Assembly: GCA_017499595.2 (NCBI GenBank)
Contig: CM039003.1
Location: 558,001-622,000, forward strand
Direction of reading: 5' to 3'
Length of the DNA: 64,000 nucleotides
Origin: Psilocybe cubensis
Lineage: Eukaryota
Shown here: positions 1-11,776 of the stretch, one piece after another
Layout: each line of letters opens with the position of its first letter
Numbering within the stretch: the stretch's first letter is position 1
Translations under genes and position numbers: made by a program
The notes under the pieces: model-generated
Told to the model about the DNA's origin: nothing
Database searches by the model: none
What the model saw: the letters and a program-made list of their open reading frames with translations, nothing else

Positions 1-1054
1 GGCCTGCAATGATAGCTGGACTCTTTCCGACACCACGAACGGAGGAATTAACGAGTGGCGTATACTCGATGAAGGCTTCACGGACGGGACAAACGTGACT
101 GGTGGTTGCAGAATCGTAAAGCCAGTCGTAACGAGAGAAGTTTGACGTCGAGTACGTGTGGTACGCAACCTCATCGTTGAGCGTAGTGTTGACGTCCTCC
201 CGAGCCTGATTCGTCCGCCCTCTATTCTTCGTCTTCCGCCCCCTCGGACCCTTTCCTTCACGACCTCCGCCCTTCGCCCAGCAATCCTTCGAAATGTGCC
301 CCATCTTGTGGCAATTATAGCACTCCTTCCCGCCGCTGCCATCCCTCGAACCATTACCCTTTCCATCCGACGACCCTTGACCTCCACGAACTTGAAGCGT
401 AGTCCCTCCGGCACCATCACCTCCACGCTCCTTCCGACGACGAGCTTCTTCAAGGAGAACACCAACGAGCTCTTGCGAAGTGAGCGTAGGACGATTCCCG
501 CTCGAGCCCAAAAAGGATGACGCATAATTCTCCCAAGATTCCGGCAACGAGGTGAGCAAAATCATGACGAAATCTTCGTCCGATACAATGCTGCCCATGA
601 TGTGCAGCTCCTCCTGGAATTGACGTAGCTTTGCGATATGCTCTGCCATGTCGCATCCCTCCTCTGCGGTTGCCCGGAAAAGTGCTCGTCGTGTCGCCAA
701 AACACCGAGTCGTCCCTTGGATTCCTTCACTGTGCACAACTGCGTCCACATCTCGCGCGCCGTGCGCGCTCCCAGGACGTGTACCATCTCCGCATCGCTT
801 AACGCGAGTTCGATCCTGCATCGCGCTTTCGCATCTCCCTTATCCCACGCTGTCTGAGCTGCGATTTCTTCCGCCGTGGGTGCGTTCGGTTTCGCTGATC
901 CTGGTCGAAGCGACGTGCCGTCCACGTATTTCTCCAGTCCGAGGTCCACCAGTACTGCTAGCATGCGCCGCTTCCACGGCATCCAATTGTGGGCCTTCAG
1001 TGTGTCGATGCGATATCCGCCGATGTTGACTTCCGCGGTTGTCGAGTCAGCCAT
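1..1054 (-). CDS. copia gag-pol polyprotein, N-terminal part (Gag, CCHC zinc knuckle, aspartic protease)
   Basis: Manual translation from ATG 1054 gives MADSTTAEVNIGGYRIDTLKAHNWMPWKRRM...LLTSLPESWENY...CYNCHKMGHISKDC...WLYDSATTSHVC with no stop before the edge, which is why the ORF track misses it. Confidence 0.93.
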   Translation of the reverse strand, partial: MADSTTAEVNIGGYRIDTLKAHNWMPWKRRMLAVLVDLGLEKYVDGTSLRPGSAKPNAPTAEEIAAQTAWDKGDAKARCRIELALSDAEMVHVLGARTAREMWTQLCTVKESKGRLGVLATRRALFRATAEEGCDMAEHIAKLRQFQEELHIMGSIVSDEDFVMILLTSLPESWENYASSFLGSSGNRPTLTSQELVGVLLEEARRRKERGGDGAGGTTLQVRGGQGSSDGKGNGSRDGSGGKECYNCHKMGHISKDCWAKGGGREGKGPRGRKTKNRGRTNQAREDVNTTLNDEVAYHTYSTSNFSRYDWLYDSATTSHVCPVREAFIEYTPLVNSSVRGVGKSPAIIAG

Positions 1055-1137
1055 TTGACGTCGAGTACAAGTTTAGATATAGATCGATAAGAATAGAACG
1101 AGTTTAGAACAAAGCGAGCTTTAGTTATGACCTCTCG

Positions 1138-1149
1138 GGGCCCATAACC
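1138..1149 (-). promoter_or_regulatory. Primer-binding site matching the internal (anticodon-arm) region of initiator tRNA-Met
   Basis: GGTTATGGGCCC immediately after the LTR, the same PBS type as Drosophila copia and yeast Ty5. Confidence 0.8.
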
Positions 1150-1330
1150 TGTTGTAAGTATAATGCGCAGTGGTGGTAAAAGATGTAGATTCACGACGTA
1201 GCTACACGGTTGTACCTACAGTAACTACGGAACCTATAGTAGAATAATCTAGAAAAAATATGATAAGATAAACTACAAGAGGAAGATAACGACTTAGCGA
1301 CCAAGTCGCTCGCCGACTATCATTCCAACA
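1150..1330 (-). repeat. 5' LTR of the copia element (~181 bp)
   Basis: Bounded by TGTTG...CAACA inverted termini, with the PBS on one side and a host exon on the other. The partner LTR lies outside the window. Confidence 0.8.
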
Positions 1331-2371
1331 GGATCGAAAACCATACTACAAGCTATAAATCTATTATCATCCTCAGCTTCTTGGAGATAAGGAAAATTGG
1401 AGTACCATGTATCCCAGAGGCAGGGTTGTGCACCACGGCTATTATCAAATTTCTTTAAGCGCCCGTGCGATTTGGGCAGGTCATACAGAAAGGGACGCGT
1501 ACGTTCAGCTCGGCTGATAAGCCAGACATTCATTGCTGTCTCTATCGCCAGTATCGTGGCGAGGCCGCGAGTTATCCATTTCTGGAGAGGATACAATGCG
1601 TGAATTCGTAGTAGCATCATCAGGCCAACGACTTCGACGGCAATTGCAACGGTGCAACCTTCGTATCGTACAAATCTTCCGCATCTGGAATATTAGAATA
1701 CTGTAAGCATGATTAAGAAAGAACATGAGGCTGTATACCTACCTCTGGATTCAGTTGGGAATTGAAAGGAGCAAAATTCCGTCAACAATCTGGTTTGACG
1801 TTAGGATTACACTTGGCATACCTCTGGAGTCCACGTTGGAGATAAATAAGCTGATAAACAAATTTAAGGCTAACGCAATGCGGAACGTTAATGTTTCATA
1901 CCAAATAAATTCAAGATGAATCCAAGAGGTGTGAAATAGCGATTCTAAGGAAGCGCAATTAGCAAAATGTAGAAACTTGAATTAATTCTGGTAACTGCAT
2001 ACGAAAAGGAATAGATAAACAACTGTAACAATTTGATCATAAATCAGCATTTAAAATAAATATCGAGAGAGACGACAAGTCTTACAAAACCCTTTCCGCT
2101 TCCCCTTCCAGATCAGTTCAACCTCATCAGCAAAAGTGTCAATGTGGTCCCAGACTAACACCACAAAGCTCGCAAAGCCGACATACTGTTATATTTTATC
2201 AGCAAAACTGTCATTACGTAGGTAGTGCGCTTACATTGGTCCGAACTCTGTGGGGATTGTGGGTTTGTGTGGAGCGTGAGTGTTATTTATAGATTCGGTA
2301 GAGAGTGTGGGGTAAATATGTGCGTACGTGTCGGATATGTCAGGAAGAGGGTCAGGGATATGCTGGGGCAT
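1331..2371 (-). pseudogene. DUF6533-like multi-pass membrane protein gene, interrupted by the copia insertion
   Basis: GT-AG splicing from ATG 2371 gives MPQHIPDPLPDISDTVRTNYVGFASFVVLVWDHIDTFADEVELIWKGKRKGF.VYLFLFNRYFTPLGFILNLFAYLSPTWTPERCGRFVRYEG...MMLLRIHALYP...ACSMVFDP, then the LTR. The WD..TF..EV.LIW, NRY and LR..ALY motifs are typical of the family. Confidence 0.82.
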
Positions 2372-4711
2372 GCTTAAAAGCTCGAAGCAACAGTCTCTGC
2401 CTATAACAAATACAAAATAATGAGTAACAACATTGTAACACGTAAAATCCAGAAAAAATCTGACAGTGAATGCAACGAATCCTCCAGGTTGGAGTCAACA
2501 AAGCGCAGGAGAAAAAATGGACAGGGAACGAAGTAGACCTACTTTCCACCATTTAGTTGACACCCTCTTATATATCCTCAGCAAGAGCACCAATCGTGAC
2601 AGTTCCGACCCATGCACGGCGCAGAGCCCGACGGAGTACCAACCTATGCTTCTTGATATCATAGAACCCTGTCAAAGCTTACGGTGACGATCAGAAAAGG
2701 AATCATGCCATAACGGGACTGAGGTAGAAGTAATCTGCTGTAACCTTTGCCCGCGTCCTGATTGTGGCTGTGGCGGGGATTAAGAAATGAGCTTGAAATC
2801 GATTTTGACAGGTAGAGATTCGATGTATCCGTTTCTGGCTACACATCGGAGGGGAGATCAGATGATGAATTTGTTAATTTATATGGAAGCTTTTTCAGAT
2901 CATGTTCCTCGATGAATTTAATTATCAGAGTTCCTAGATATGGAGGATTGCCTTGATTTGTTATTTTCAATTTGACTGGAGTTATGTGGGGCCTGTGGAG
3001 AACTCCAATTGATATGTGATGGACTATGATTTTTCAAGTACAATAATTTTGGAGTGCAACTGGGTCCTTGTGGGTATTCAATATTCAATATTCATCTCAT
3101 CACCAAGAGTACGCGAACAGCTTCCTCGAATTTGTTGAAGTGCAAAATGGGCGCATAACTATAATAACGGTGTATTTTTGGCACCGGGTGTAGTTGTTTA
3201 GAGCTGTTTTTAGTATGTGCTTGGCACGATACTAGGTAGACGAAGTTTGAGGCTACATATCGAAGGAGGCTCGTTTACTAGTAGCTATACTAGACTGACT
3301 CGAAGAAGGTAAGCCTCGATAAATAATTACACCCAGAAATCAGGTCATGAACTTGAGCTTGCGCATCCCCAACGCAGTTCAAACTTCACAACCTTATTTT
3401 CCAAGTCATCTTTAATGTGAAGTATCACTAGCCAGATGAGCGAATATGCCTCGCTGTAGCGGTAATTAAAATAAAGGCATACATCGATATATTGCATCAG
3501 CTCACGATCTAAATTCTATCTCCAAGTAAACGTATAGTGCTCTAATAATATACACTGGGGTAGCATCAAGATGGTTCAGCCATACTCAGAGTTCAGTCCA
3601 TCTGATGTGTCTTTCAGCCTCCCTGATCCGAGGTGAAGAAATTATTTTAGTATTCTTCTGATATTTATTAGACCTAGTCATCCTTGACGGACAAAAAATC
3701 CCCGTGATATTCAACCACTAAATATCATTCTACCAATCTCATCAAGCTCACATGCGGACGAAGGTCAACTCTATCTACCCGGTTTCGATACTCTTACCTG
3801 CCTTCTAATCCGCGGAGGGAAAATGATAACATGCACAATGAAAGCACCAGAGGGGCGTCTAAGTCACGGTGCTCCTCCGTGAAAGCGCATTTAAGCGCCC
3901 CGAACAATCCGGAAATGCATCCGCTATGGAATTCTCTTATCTGTTAATAATTAGTCTTAATCACCCACAAATTCTAAGCCATCTGATGATACCTGGAAAT
4001 CTTCCGTTTAAGCTATGGTAGGCCGACGTACCATCATCAACTCACAAATTTTTGTATTCGAGGGGAGGGGGTAATCTTATGTCTGAAAGTTGGAATGCGA
4101 TGGATAGGAGAGATTGGGCATGTCCCAGGCCATGCCAGGTTGTGACCTACAGACGCAGGATGGAGGCCAGCATGAAAAGTATATTGAACAACTTGTACCT
4201 CACACTCTGACCTCCTAATCATCAGATATTCTCAGACAGCTGGAATGGATTTGAATACACACAATTTCAAGCTTCAAAGCTGTCCTGGGACGTCGGGGAT
4301 GCTCTCGAGTCTGTCTCCATGTCCCTTTGATCCGCGGTTATCCTAGAATGCCATTCTCATCACGGACTCTTCCTATTCATATCATCTGAAAGGCTGTCTT
4401 CCATTCCATGCAGGTACTTCAAAGAGAAGGGAGGTGAAATGGGATTTTTGGAATTAAATGTTGAGGCTTCTTTCGTTTTTGTTGAGGGGTCGAATTTCAG
4501 TAGCGAAGTTTCGTTTGAATTTTTGAGTTCAATTCCGACTCGAACGAGTTAGGTTGGGATGTACAGTGACTGATTTCATGTTATGATTATATTAAAACCC
4601 TTTAAGTCGCGCAGGAGATATTAAATAGTCTAACTTAGGCCCCGAATTCGCGGGACTCGATCAAGGTACGGGTATCATAGTCAACAGTTACTCCTACATC
4701 GAACAGGTATG

Positions 4712-5527
4712 TCAGCTATCCAACAAAAGAGGCATGAATTCAGAAAACAATACTTCTGTGGTATCACCCACAACCGCGCCCCCATCCGACTCATTTCCCA
4801 TGTACCGTGCCCGAATTGCCAGGAATTCATCCACCCGCATCTTACACTCCTCATACAACTCACCGCTCACACACGCATCACCACCTTCGTGACCAGCAAC
4901 AACCTCCCTCAGCATCGCAACAGCCTCGTCCAAATCCCGCACCCTCTCTGTTCTCTGGCTCTGTCCCTCTGTTTCCCCCTCCCCCTCCCCCTCCCCTTCT
5001 CCTTCCCCTTCCCCCATGCCAAACACGGAAATCTGCGCCCGGAGCGCAGCACAATAGTCACACAGATACTCGAGATACTCGTCCCCCGCCCGCCCAGACT
5101 CGGTGTCCTCCACGCACTCAATAGCGGCTTTGCATGCGAGGATGCAGGTGTTTATGTCGGATCTTGCGTGTGTTTGGAGGAAGAGGGTGTAGAATTTGTG
5201 CGCGAATAGGGACGCGAGTTTGGAGCCTGTGAGCTCGGATCCGTCGGCTTCGATGATGATGCCGGTGTCGTGTTCGTTTGTGTTTTCGGATTGGGTCTGG
5301 GCTTCGGGATGGGCGTGTTGGGATTGATCTTGGCCTTGGAGGCGAGTTGAGTCTGTAGGGATTCGTTTGTGGGGTAAGTGTTGTGAGTTGGTGACAAAAA
5401 GTTATTTTGTAGTGTACCGTTCTCATCTGGCGCTTCCGCACTTCGATGGGAGTCTGTATAGCGGCTATGAATAGGGTTAAAGGGTTTTTCTGTTTTATGA
5501 ATAAGTGTCCTACGTTTGCGACTCCAT
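4712..5527 (-). CDS. Hypothetical protein (3 exons), helical or TPR-like C-terminal half
   Basis: ATG 5527 plus two GT-AG introns joins in phase with ORF 4712..5113: MESQTRYTDSHRSAEAPDENDSTRLQG...SDINTCILACKAAIEC...RDLDEAVAMLREVV. Contains a (GE)n microsatellite-coded tract. Confidence 0.65.
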
Positions 5528-6845
5528 GTTTAAATTAACAAGTCAAGAAAAGAAAAGACAGGGGTACACGTTAGTGGGGGTTCTATACTTTGCTTTCGAA
5601 AAGCGACTGATATATATAGTTGGATGATTTGTGCTACCTGCGATGTCACCTCTATATATATCATACAGCGCTGTACGTAGAGCGGTGTCACTCTCATCTT
5701 CTGGCACTGTCTATTCTATTCTTAAGCAATTCAAATAGCAGTGCGATGCTCTGACATACTATATTATTGATGTTGCTATTATTACTATGAGTCGATTGTG
5801 ACGGGGACTTCAAACGGTGCCCCTTGAGATGGCTGTTTCAATATATATACAGCCTATACAACCATCACTTTTATCCTCGAGCGCTGAGAATAATTTAGGC
5901 GCCGGCTCCGTCTGCAAGTGCGTGTGGGCACAGCCACGGATGGTCAACCTTGGTTTCGAGGTTGAGGTTGAGCTAATGGGCATCTAGAATTCATCGAGTA
6001 CGTGAGCAGAGGCGATGCTCGGACAGAGATCATATTATCATATTTAGCTGTGTGGCAAAGTTTGTTCAAGACTCGAGCTTGAGCTTGAGATGAGACTCGG
6101 CGATAACGAATTGGCGATTAAATCAGGTTGCTTGGAGCACCTTGAGTCGCATGTCTTTGGGTGCACTCTGCACTGTGACCGACGGGAACGAACGGGGATT
6201 GTGGGCAGTATATTTATAGATAGATAGGATAGGTAAGACGGACGGTCTGATACGGACATAATTAAGTACGTACAAGTCAGGCAACGCTTCGCTTTTGCCC
6301 GCCATTTTCATCTTCCAGACCGTATGCTAAGTGTTTATATGCTCCTTGTTATACAATGTGCTCTTTGTCGATTACCTTCCATGTGCTGGCATTGATTTGC
6401 ATGCGCAACTGGGATAGAGCAATGGACGAGGAAGGAATCATGTTCGACGCTCAAACCATATTGTGAACTCACGCTGGGGAATTTTGTGAGTGTTTTTTGA
6501 ACTCATATGTGACGACTTTACCGATTCGAACGACTTGCACAGTGAAGATAATTGTGCGATTTTCACCATCTCTGATAGCCCAGCATCTACCCCGCCAATT
6601 CCGGGTTGTTGTCTCATGTCTATATCACGCGTGTACTGACGACGAACAAACAACTACTTTTAGAAACTCAATTTCTCTTTTGGTCGAGCGGCTGACGACG
6701 TTTCAGAGATCGAGGGAAGCTGGAAGCAAACAAGAACATACCCTGGGAGGGTATAATAATCGGACGGTTGTGTATAGAGACCCACATCGTCTCTTGACTC
6801 TCTTCCACTATCATCTCATCGTATTTTGGAAGAGTTCTCTCTTAG

Positions 6846-8600
6846 ACCTTCGACGATAATGTCGTCTCTTATCCTTGTGATAGCTCTCAATCAACCAAGG
6901 TAAGGTCAAAGTCAACCCGCCTTTATCAAACTGTCTACTAACATGATTGGGTAGTACTTTCATCACCCCGCCTTGAGCTATCATCACCGCACTTGGTCTG
7001 GCAACTCCTCATATGCGTAAGTCCATCTCGCCTAGGTTAGAACATTGCTCACAACGCCTCATAGTAATTCCATCAACCCGCCTTGGACCAAACAACGTCA
7101 GTTCCATCGCCCTAAAAGCCACTAACCAACCCCACACAATGTAGGCCCACTCGCACACAACGGTCAAGAAGCCCAGCACAGAAGTATACCACTCCATTCA
7201 GGTCGCGTATCTTCAGTCTGCTGGTGTCAGGCTGGAGTGCGCGATTGTCTTAGGACATGCGGGGCAGTTGACATTTGACCCTACCCGCTCGATGTGTGGC
7301 ACCCCCCCGCCGCCACCCCTGTAAATCGGGGGTCGTGGAAACCAGGGGGTGAGGTACGGAGTGCTGGTTGGTTCGCCCACCCCCCCCAAGCAGTAGCGGT
7401 AGACTTGCAGGACATCGTCGCTTCTACCGTGAATCGCAGGGGTGGAGATTGATAAAAGCTTGCTTTGGACCCTGTGTGTTGGGCGGGCTTAGGCGAGTGG
7501 TGGTTGGTGTGGGGTAAGTTTTTTTTTTTTTTGATGTTTTTGATAACGTTGACTTATTTCTTTTGTAGCCTCAGACGACGACCGACACGATGCCGCAAAC
7601 CCTTTGATTGCGATTCTTTGACACGTTTCGTTCCTCGAATTGGATACATTGCTCTTGCTCATTAGTTATATGATAGCATCGAAGTCTGGTTGGGATATAG
7701 ATGAGCACCCCTCCGGAAAGGGCACATTCAGTGAGTCTCGTACATTCCTTGATGTTCCAACTTTTGATATATGCAATATCTCTAGCAGTCTTCGAGATAC
7801 TTGAGATTATCTTTGCCCTGTCATGTATTGGAAAGATCATGACTAGTAAGTTATCTTGCCCTTTATTATGTCCGTCTAATTTTTTTCTCGCAAGGCTCGC
7901 AGTTTAACTTTACCTAGGCCCTCCGCAATACATGCACAATGGCAGCACATCAATGCCAGTTATTCAGTCATAGCCAAACGATGGAGCCGTCTGGAGTGAA
8001 GTCGGATCTTGGGGCACATGTATTCCTTTCAGCTGTGAGTCCCTTCGTTGATTGTCATCACTGAACCTTATCGCTTAATTACTGTTCCCCAAGTTTTTTT
8101 CTCCTTTTTTGTTTTCGTTTTCGCGTTTAGCTTCATTTTTTTCTTTTAGTTTTGGTCTCAAAGTAGTTACTAGGTTATGTGTCAGGGTCTTTGCGTTGAA
8201 AGATCTCTTCTCTGGTGAGTGAGACCTTGTCCCTGCCTTAATGAATCGTCTGACTATCTTATTCCAGGTGTTCAGGACTTGTACCCTCATAAAACATCAC
8301 TAAATCCTTGCTCTCGTCATCACAAGAACACTCAAGGCTTGGGGGTCATTATATCTGCCACAAAAGTCTCCGGATGCATACAAGCAGCCATCATCAAGTA
8401 CTTTTAAACAGAAATATCATAGCACACCCACCACCTCCGACGCCGCACTAATAGAGCTTTGTCTAACACCCGAGTCTAAAGAGATCTGATGCGTTGGACC
8501 TCATTATTCTATGTAAGTCGTCCCTCTAGTTTTGTTACAATGTGAATGCTAACTTTGTTAGATTCTATGTTTTCTCTTTTTTTTTATAGATAGATGTACA
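6846..8600 (+). ncRNA. Putative multi-intron transcript without a convincing long ORF (lncRNA or eroded gene)
   Basis: Series of short consensus introns on the + strand (donors about 6900, 7017, 7096, 7514, 7731, 7845, 8035, 8215, 8513, with CTAAC/CTCAC branch sites and YAG acceptors). The spliced frames I tried close within about 100 codons. Confidence 0.4.
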
Positions 8601-9220
8601 CGCTTTTACGGCGACCGGTCGTAGACCCAGTGAAATTCGTCACTCACCACGCTCGATATATTAACAACGCTTTGTTTGCATTGCTACATCATTTTGATTT
8701 TCTGTTCTGTCTTATAAGGGGCATTTTGTTCATTCTTTTCAAAGACATTTCATGCCTCGTAGGTTAGATTGCGGTACTGTAACGTCCAATAGGGCAAGTT
8801 TTGGGCTGTTAATGCCATGATTACTTGATTCGGATTCGGGAAAACCAACGCAATGTACTCAAATGGTCAAAGATACCCGACTACGCTAACAAGGATTCGA
8901 CTCTGGAGTTGCAACGCATGAACGTTGAAACTTGCAACCCAACCTAGGGTCAGACGGCTCGGAGCTGACAAAAACGCTACATAGACCACGACTTGGAGCA
9001 CAATCAATAACACTGCTTGATGTTGATATGGGTGGTATGGTGTTGGGTTTGACGACACCCCTGGTGAACGCTTTAAAGTGACTTTGTGAAGAGGAGAGTC
9101 AGATACCAGTGCCGTGCCAGTGCCCGTGCCAGTGATAATCCCAACAGATGGACGGAGGGTACCGGGTACAACTAATGCTGACGTTAACGCTAACGCTGAC
9201 CAGCCTCCAACCTGCGGGTA

Positions 9221-9284
9221 GGAGAAAGGAGAAAGGAGAAAGGAGAAAGGAGAAAGGAGAAAGGAGAAAGGAGAAAGGAGAAAA
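9221..9284. repeat. (GGAGAAA)n heptamer microsatellite
   Basis: About 9 tandem copies visible directly. Confidence 0.95.
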
Positions 9285-9740
9285 CACGATGGCTCACGAT
9301 GGAGGTGGAGGTGGCTAATTCGCGGTTAGCGCTAGCGATAGCGCTGGGGATTATGCCATGTCCGGGATGGGGGATGGTGTGGTGAGGAATGTTGTGTTAT
9401 CATATCAACGTCAATGCTGGCTGAGCAGTGGGTTGTAGCAGTGTGTGTATGTTGTGTGTATGTCTGTCCCGCGGGGACTTGAAAACGATGAAAGGAGGAG
9501 ATAAAGACAAGTGGTAGATAGTGATGACGCCCGAAAGAGTATCCCCAGAAAACATGTCTGTCAAATCCAATCAAGGGTTGAGTACGCTGAGTACGCTGAG
9601 CACGTTGAGGTTGAGCAAGCCAGAACAGAACAGAACAGAACAGAACAGAACAGACTCAACGAACAAAACAAAACTCATCCCAATCACAAAACCCCTATCC
9701 CATCCTCCCATCCTCCCATCATTCTCACCCTCCTGCCCAC

Positions 9741-9802
9741 CCGTCACATCCACAGTGACACTCCGTCACAAACCCGTAACGTCACCCTTGTCACCCGTCA
9801 CA
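9741..9802 (+). promoter_or_regulatory. Cluster of CCGTCACA motifs (Homol-D-like) upstream of RPL25
   Basis: CCGTCACA at 9741, 9763 and 9795 plus extra GTCAC cores; resembles the fungal ribosomal-protein promoter box CAGTCACA. Confidence 0.5.
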
Positions 9803-10439
9803 ACACCGCCGCGCCAGCCAGCACCATCAACAGCAAACCAACGACGATAGCACCGTCCGGCTCCTCCGCACAGCAAGGTGAGTTTTTTTTTTTTTTTTGC
9901 TTAGGTTGGGATTTGGAGGGTGGAGGGTGGGTGTGAGGGGATTGGGAGGGGTTAAGAGGGAGGTGGGTGGAGAGGGAGGGTGGATTGGGAGGTGGGGGGG
10001 TGGATGACGTTGGGTGGAGGTTGGTTGGGTTGGTTGGGTGAGATGGGTGAGATGGGTGAGATGGGTTGGGTGGGATGGTTTGGGGCTGCTATGAGGTTTG
10101 GGACGTTTGGGATGTCTGCAAGTGCGATTCGGTACGATACGATAGGACACGATACGCCTCGATTCGACTCGAGTTAGACTTGGACTGGAACGTTTACCCT
10201 GCCTTGCGGATCCGACTTACGGATTCGACTTGCTATTCGACTCTCCATTTTCGACTCTCCGTTTCGGATGCGGTTTCTGGATTCAGGTTGGAACTATGGT
10301 TGGAATTCGAGTTGGGATTGAAGTTTCTGAATTTCTGGATTTTTGCTCTTTGGATTTCTGAATCTTTGCACCGGGCTCAATCAAATTTCGCTGGACGAAT
10401 CGCTGACTACTTTTGTTTTGTGTGTGTTAGACATCAGCA

Positions 10440-11218
10440 ATGGCCACCACGAAGACTACCAAGGGCAAGGCCGTCGCCAAGAGTGCGTTTTCCCTCCCTT
10501 CTCCCTCCCTTCTCCTTCCCCTCCCCCAACCCTCCCTCCCTTCCCCCAACCCAACCGAAACCTAACTCCTCGTTTTCAGAGACCCCCGCGAAGGAGCAAA
10601 AAGCCAAAACCGCCAAAAAAGCCGCGCTCCAAGGCGCCCATGCGCACTCTGCGAGGAAAACGCGCTTCTCGGTGTCCTTCCACCGCCCGAAGACGCTTAA
10701 ACTTGCGCGTGAGCCCAGGTACCCGCGCAAGTCTGTGCCGCATGCGCCGAGGATGGATCAGTTTAGGACTATCGTCTCGTGCGTTTCCTCTTTCTTTGTT
10801 GTCTGGTTGATGTGTTTGATTGTGATTTTTATGCGGGGACAGACCTTTGAACACGGAGTCTGCGATGAAGAAGATTGAGGAGCATAATACTCTTGTGTTC
10901 ATTGTGGATATCAAGGCGAACAAGCGCCAGATTAAAGATGCGGTCAAGAAGCTGTATGATGTCCAGGCTTTGAAGATCAACACTCTCATCCGGTGAGGCT
11001 CACTTTACTTTTGAGCATTGGTTTTGGGTAGATGCTGATGTGCCTTTTTTTTGTGTGTGATAGACCTGATGGAAAGAAGAAGGCGTATGTCCGTCTGACA
11101 CCTGATCATGATGCTCTGGATGTTGCCAACAAGGTGCGTTGTGTTCTTTTTGTTGTGTCTACTTTTACTGATTTGGTGCTCTGTTTTTTTGTACCGTGTG
11201 TAGATTGGCTTCATTTAA
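10440..11218 (+). CDS. RPL25: 60S ribosomal protein uL23 (yeast L25 / L23a)
   Basis: Coding exons 10440-10482, 10580-10778, 10843-10992, 11064-11133, 11204-11218 give ...[20 protein letters not shown]...[40 protein letters not shown]...[33 protein letters not shown]. There is also a putative 5'UTR intron at 9878-10430. Confidence 0.98.
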
Positions 11219-11740
11219 AGTAGATGGCGTACTTTTGTGTTTTTTACCTACCTCTCCTTTCTTTTTTGCGATTTTGATGATATGCGCTCTTTGCGTTGAT
11301 ATGCGTATGCATTGCTTATGCTACTGCGTTGTGCGTTGTGCGTGTGTGTATAGTCGACTGTGCGGGTCGTTGAGCTGCTTTGAGGAAATGACAACGACTG
11401 CAAATTTGAAATTTTTTGAAATTGTGTATTTGGGAAATTGGTATATTGGGAAATTGGGGTTCTTGGGTCTAGACGTGCGGACGTCCGGAGTCAAGCTGTG
11501 TGCATGTGCATGTGCATATATAGATGTGCGATGTGCGATGTACATGTGTCGCACGACGCTTTTGAAATTGTTATTTAGAGTACAAAGAGGTCTAATTTTG
11601 GGATGTGGATAGACGGCAAGGCGGAAAGGCAGGAAGTATGGGAGGCGGGAAGGGAGGTATGGCAAGGCAAGGTACGGCAGGCGGTGGGTGTGTGGGTGGG
11701 GAAGGCAGGCGGGGAGGTATGGGAGGCGGGAACGGAAATA

Positions 11741-11776
11741 GGGAAAGGGAAAGGGAAAGGGAAAGGGAAAGGGAAA
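11741..11776. repeat. (GGGAAA)n microsatellite in a G-rich low-complexity intergenic region
   Basis: About 6 tandem copies. Confidence 0.9.

Larger units (their letters stand above)
1..1330 (-). mobile_element. Ty1/copia LTR retrotransposon, 5' part (continues off the left edge)
   Basis: On the minus strand: putative LTR 1330-1150 (TGTTGGAAT...CAACA), followed directly by PBS GGTTATGGGCCC and an uninterrupted gag-protease ORF. Confidence 0.93.

Noticed and set aside
158-1058. Several ORF-track ORFs over the first kilobase
   Set aside because: Off-frame or antisense shadows of the copia gag ORF.
7200-7515. Telomerase RNA, RNase P/MRP, SRP RNA, snRNA or ribozyme
   Set aside because: I found no telomeric template, P4 consensus, SRP helix-8 motif, Sm site or hammerhead core by eye. 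Kept only as an unassigned structured region.
10066-10878. 270-aa ORF as a single protein
   Set aside because: It reads through introns of RPL25; only part is coding.
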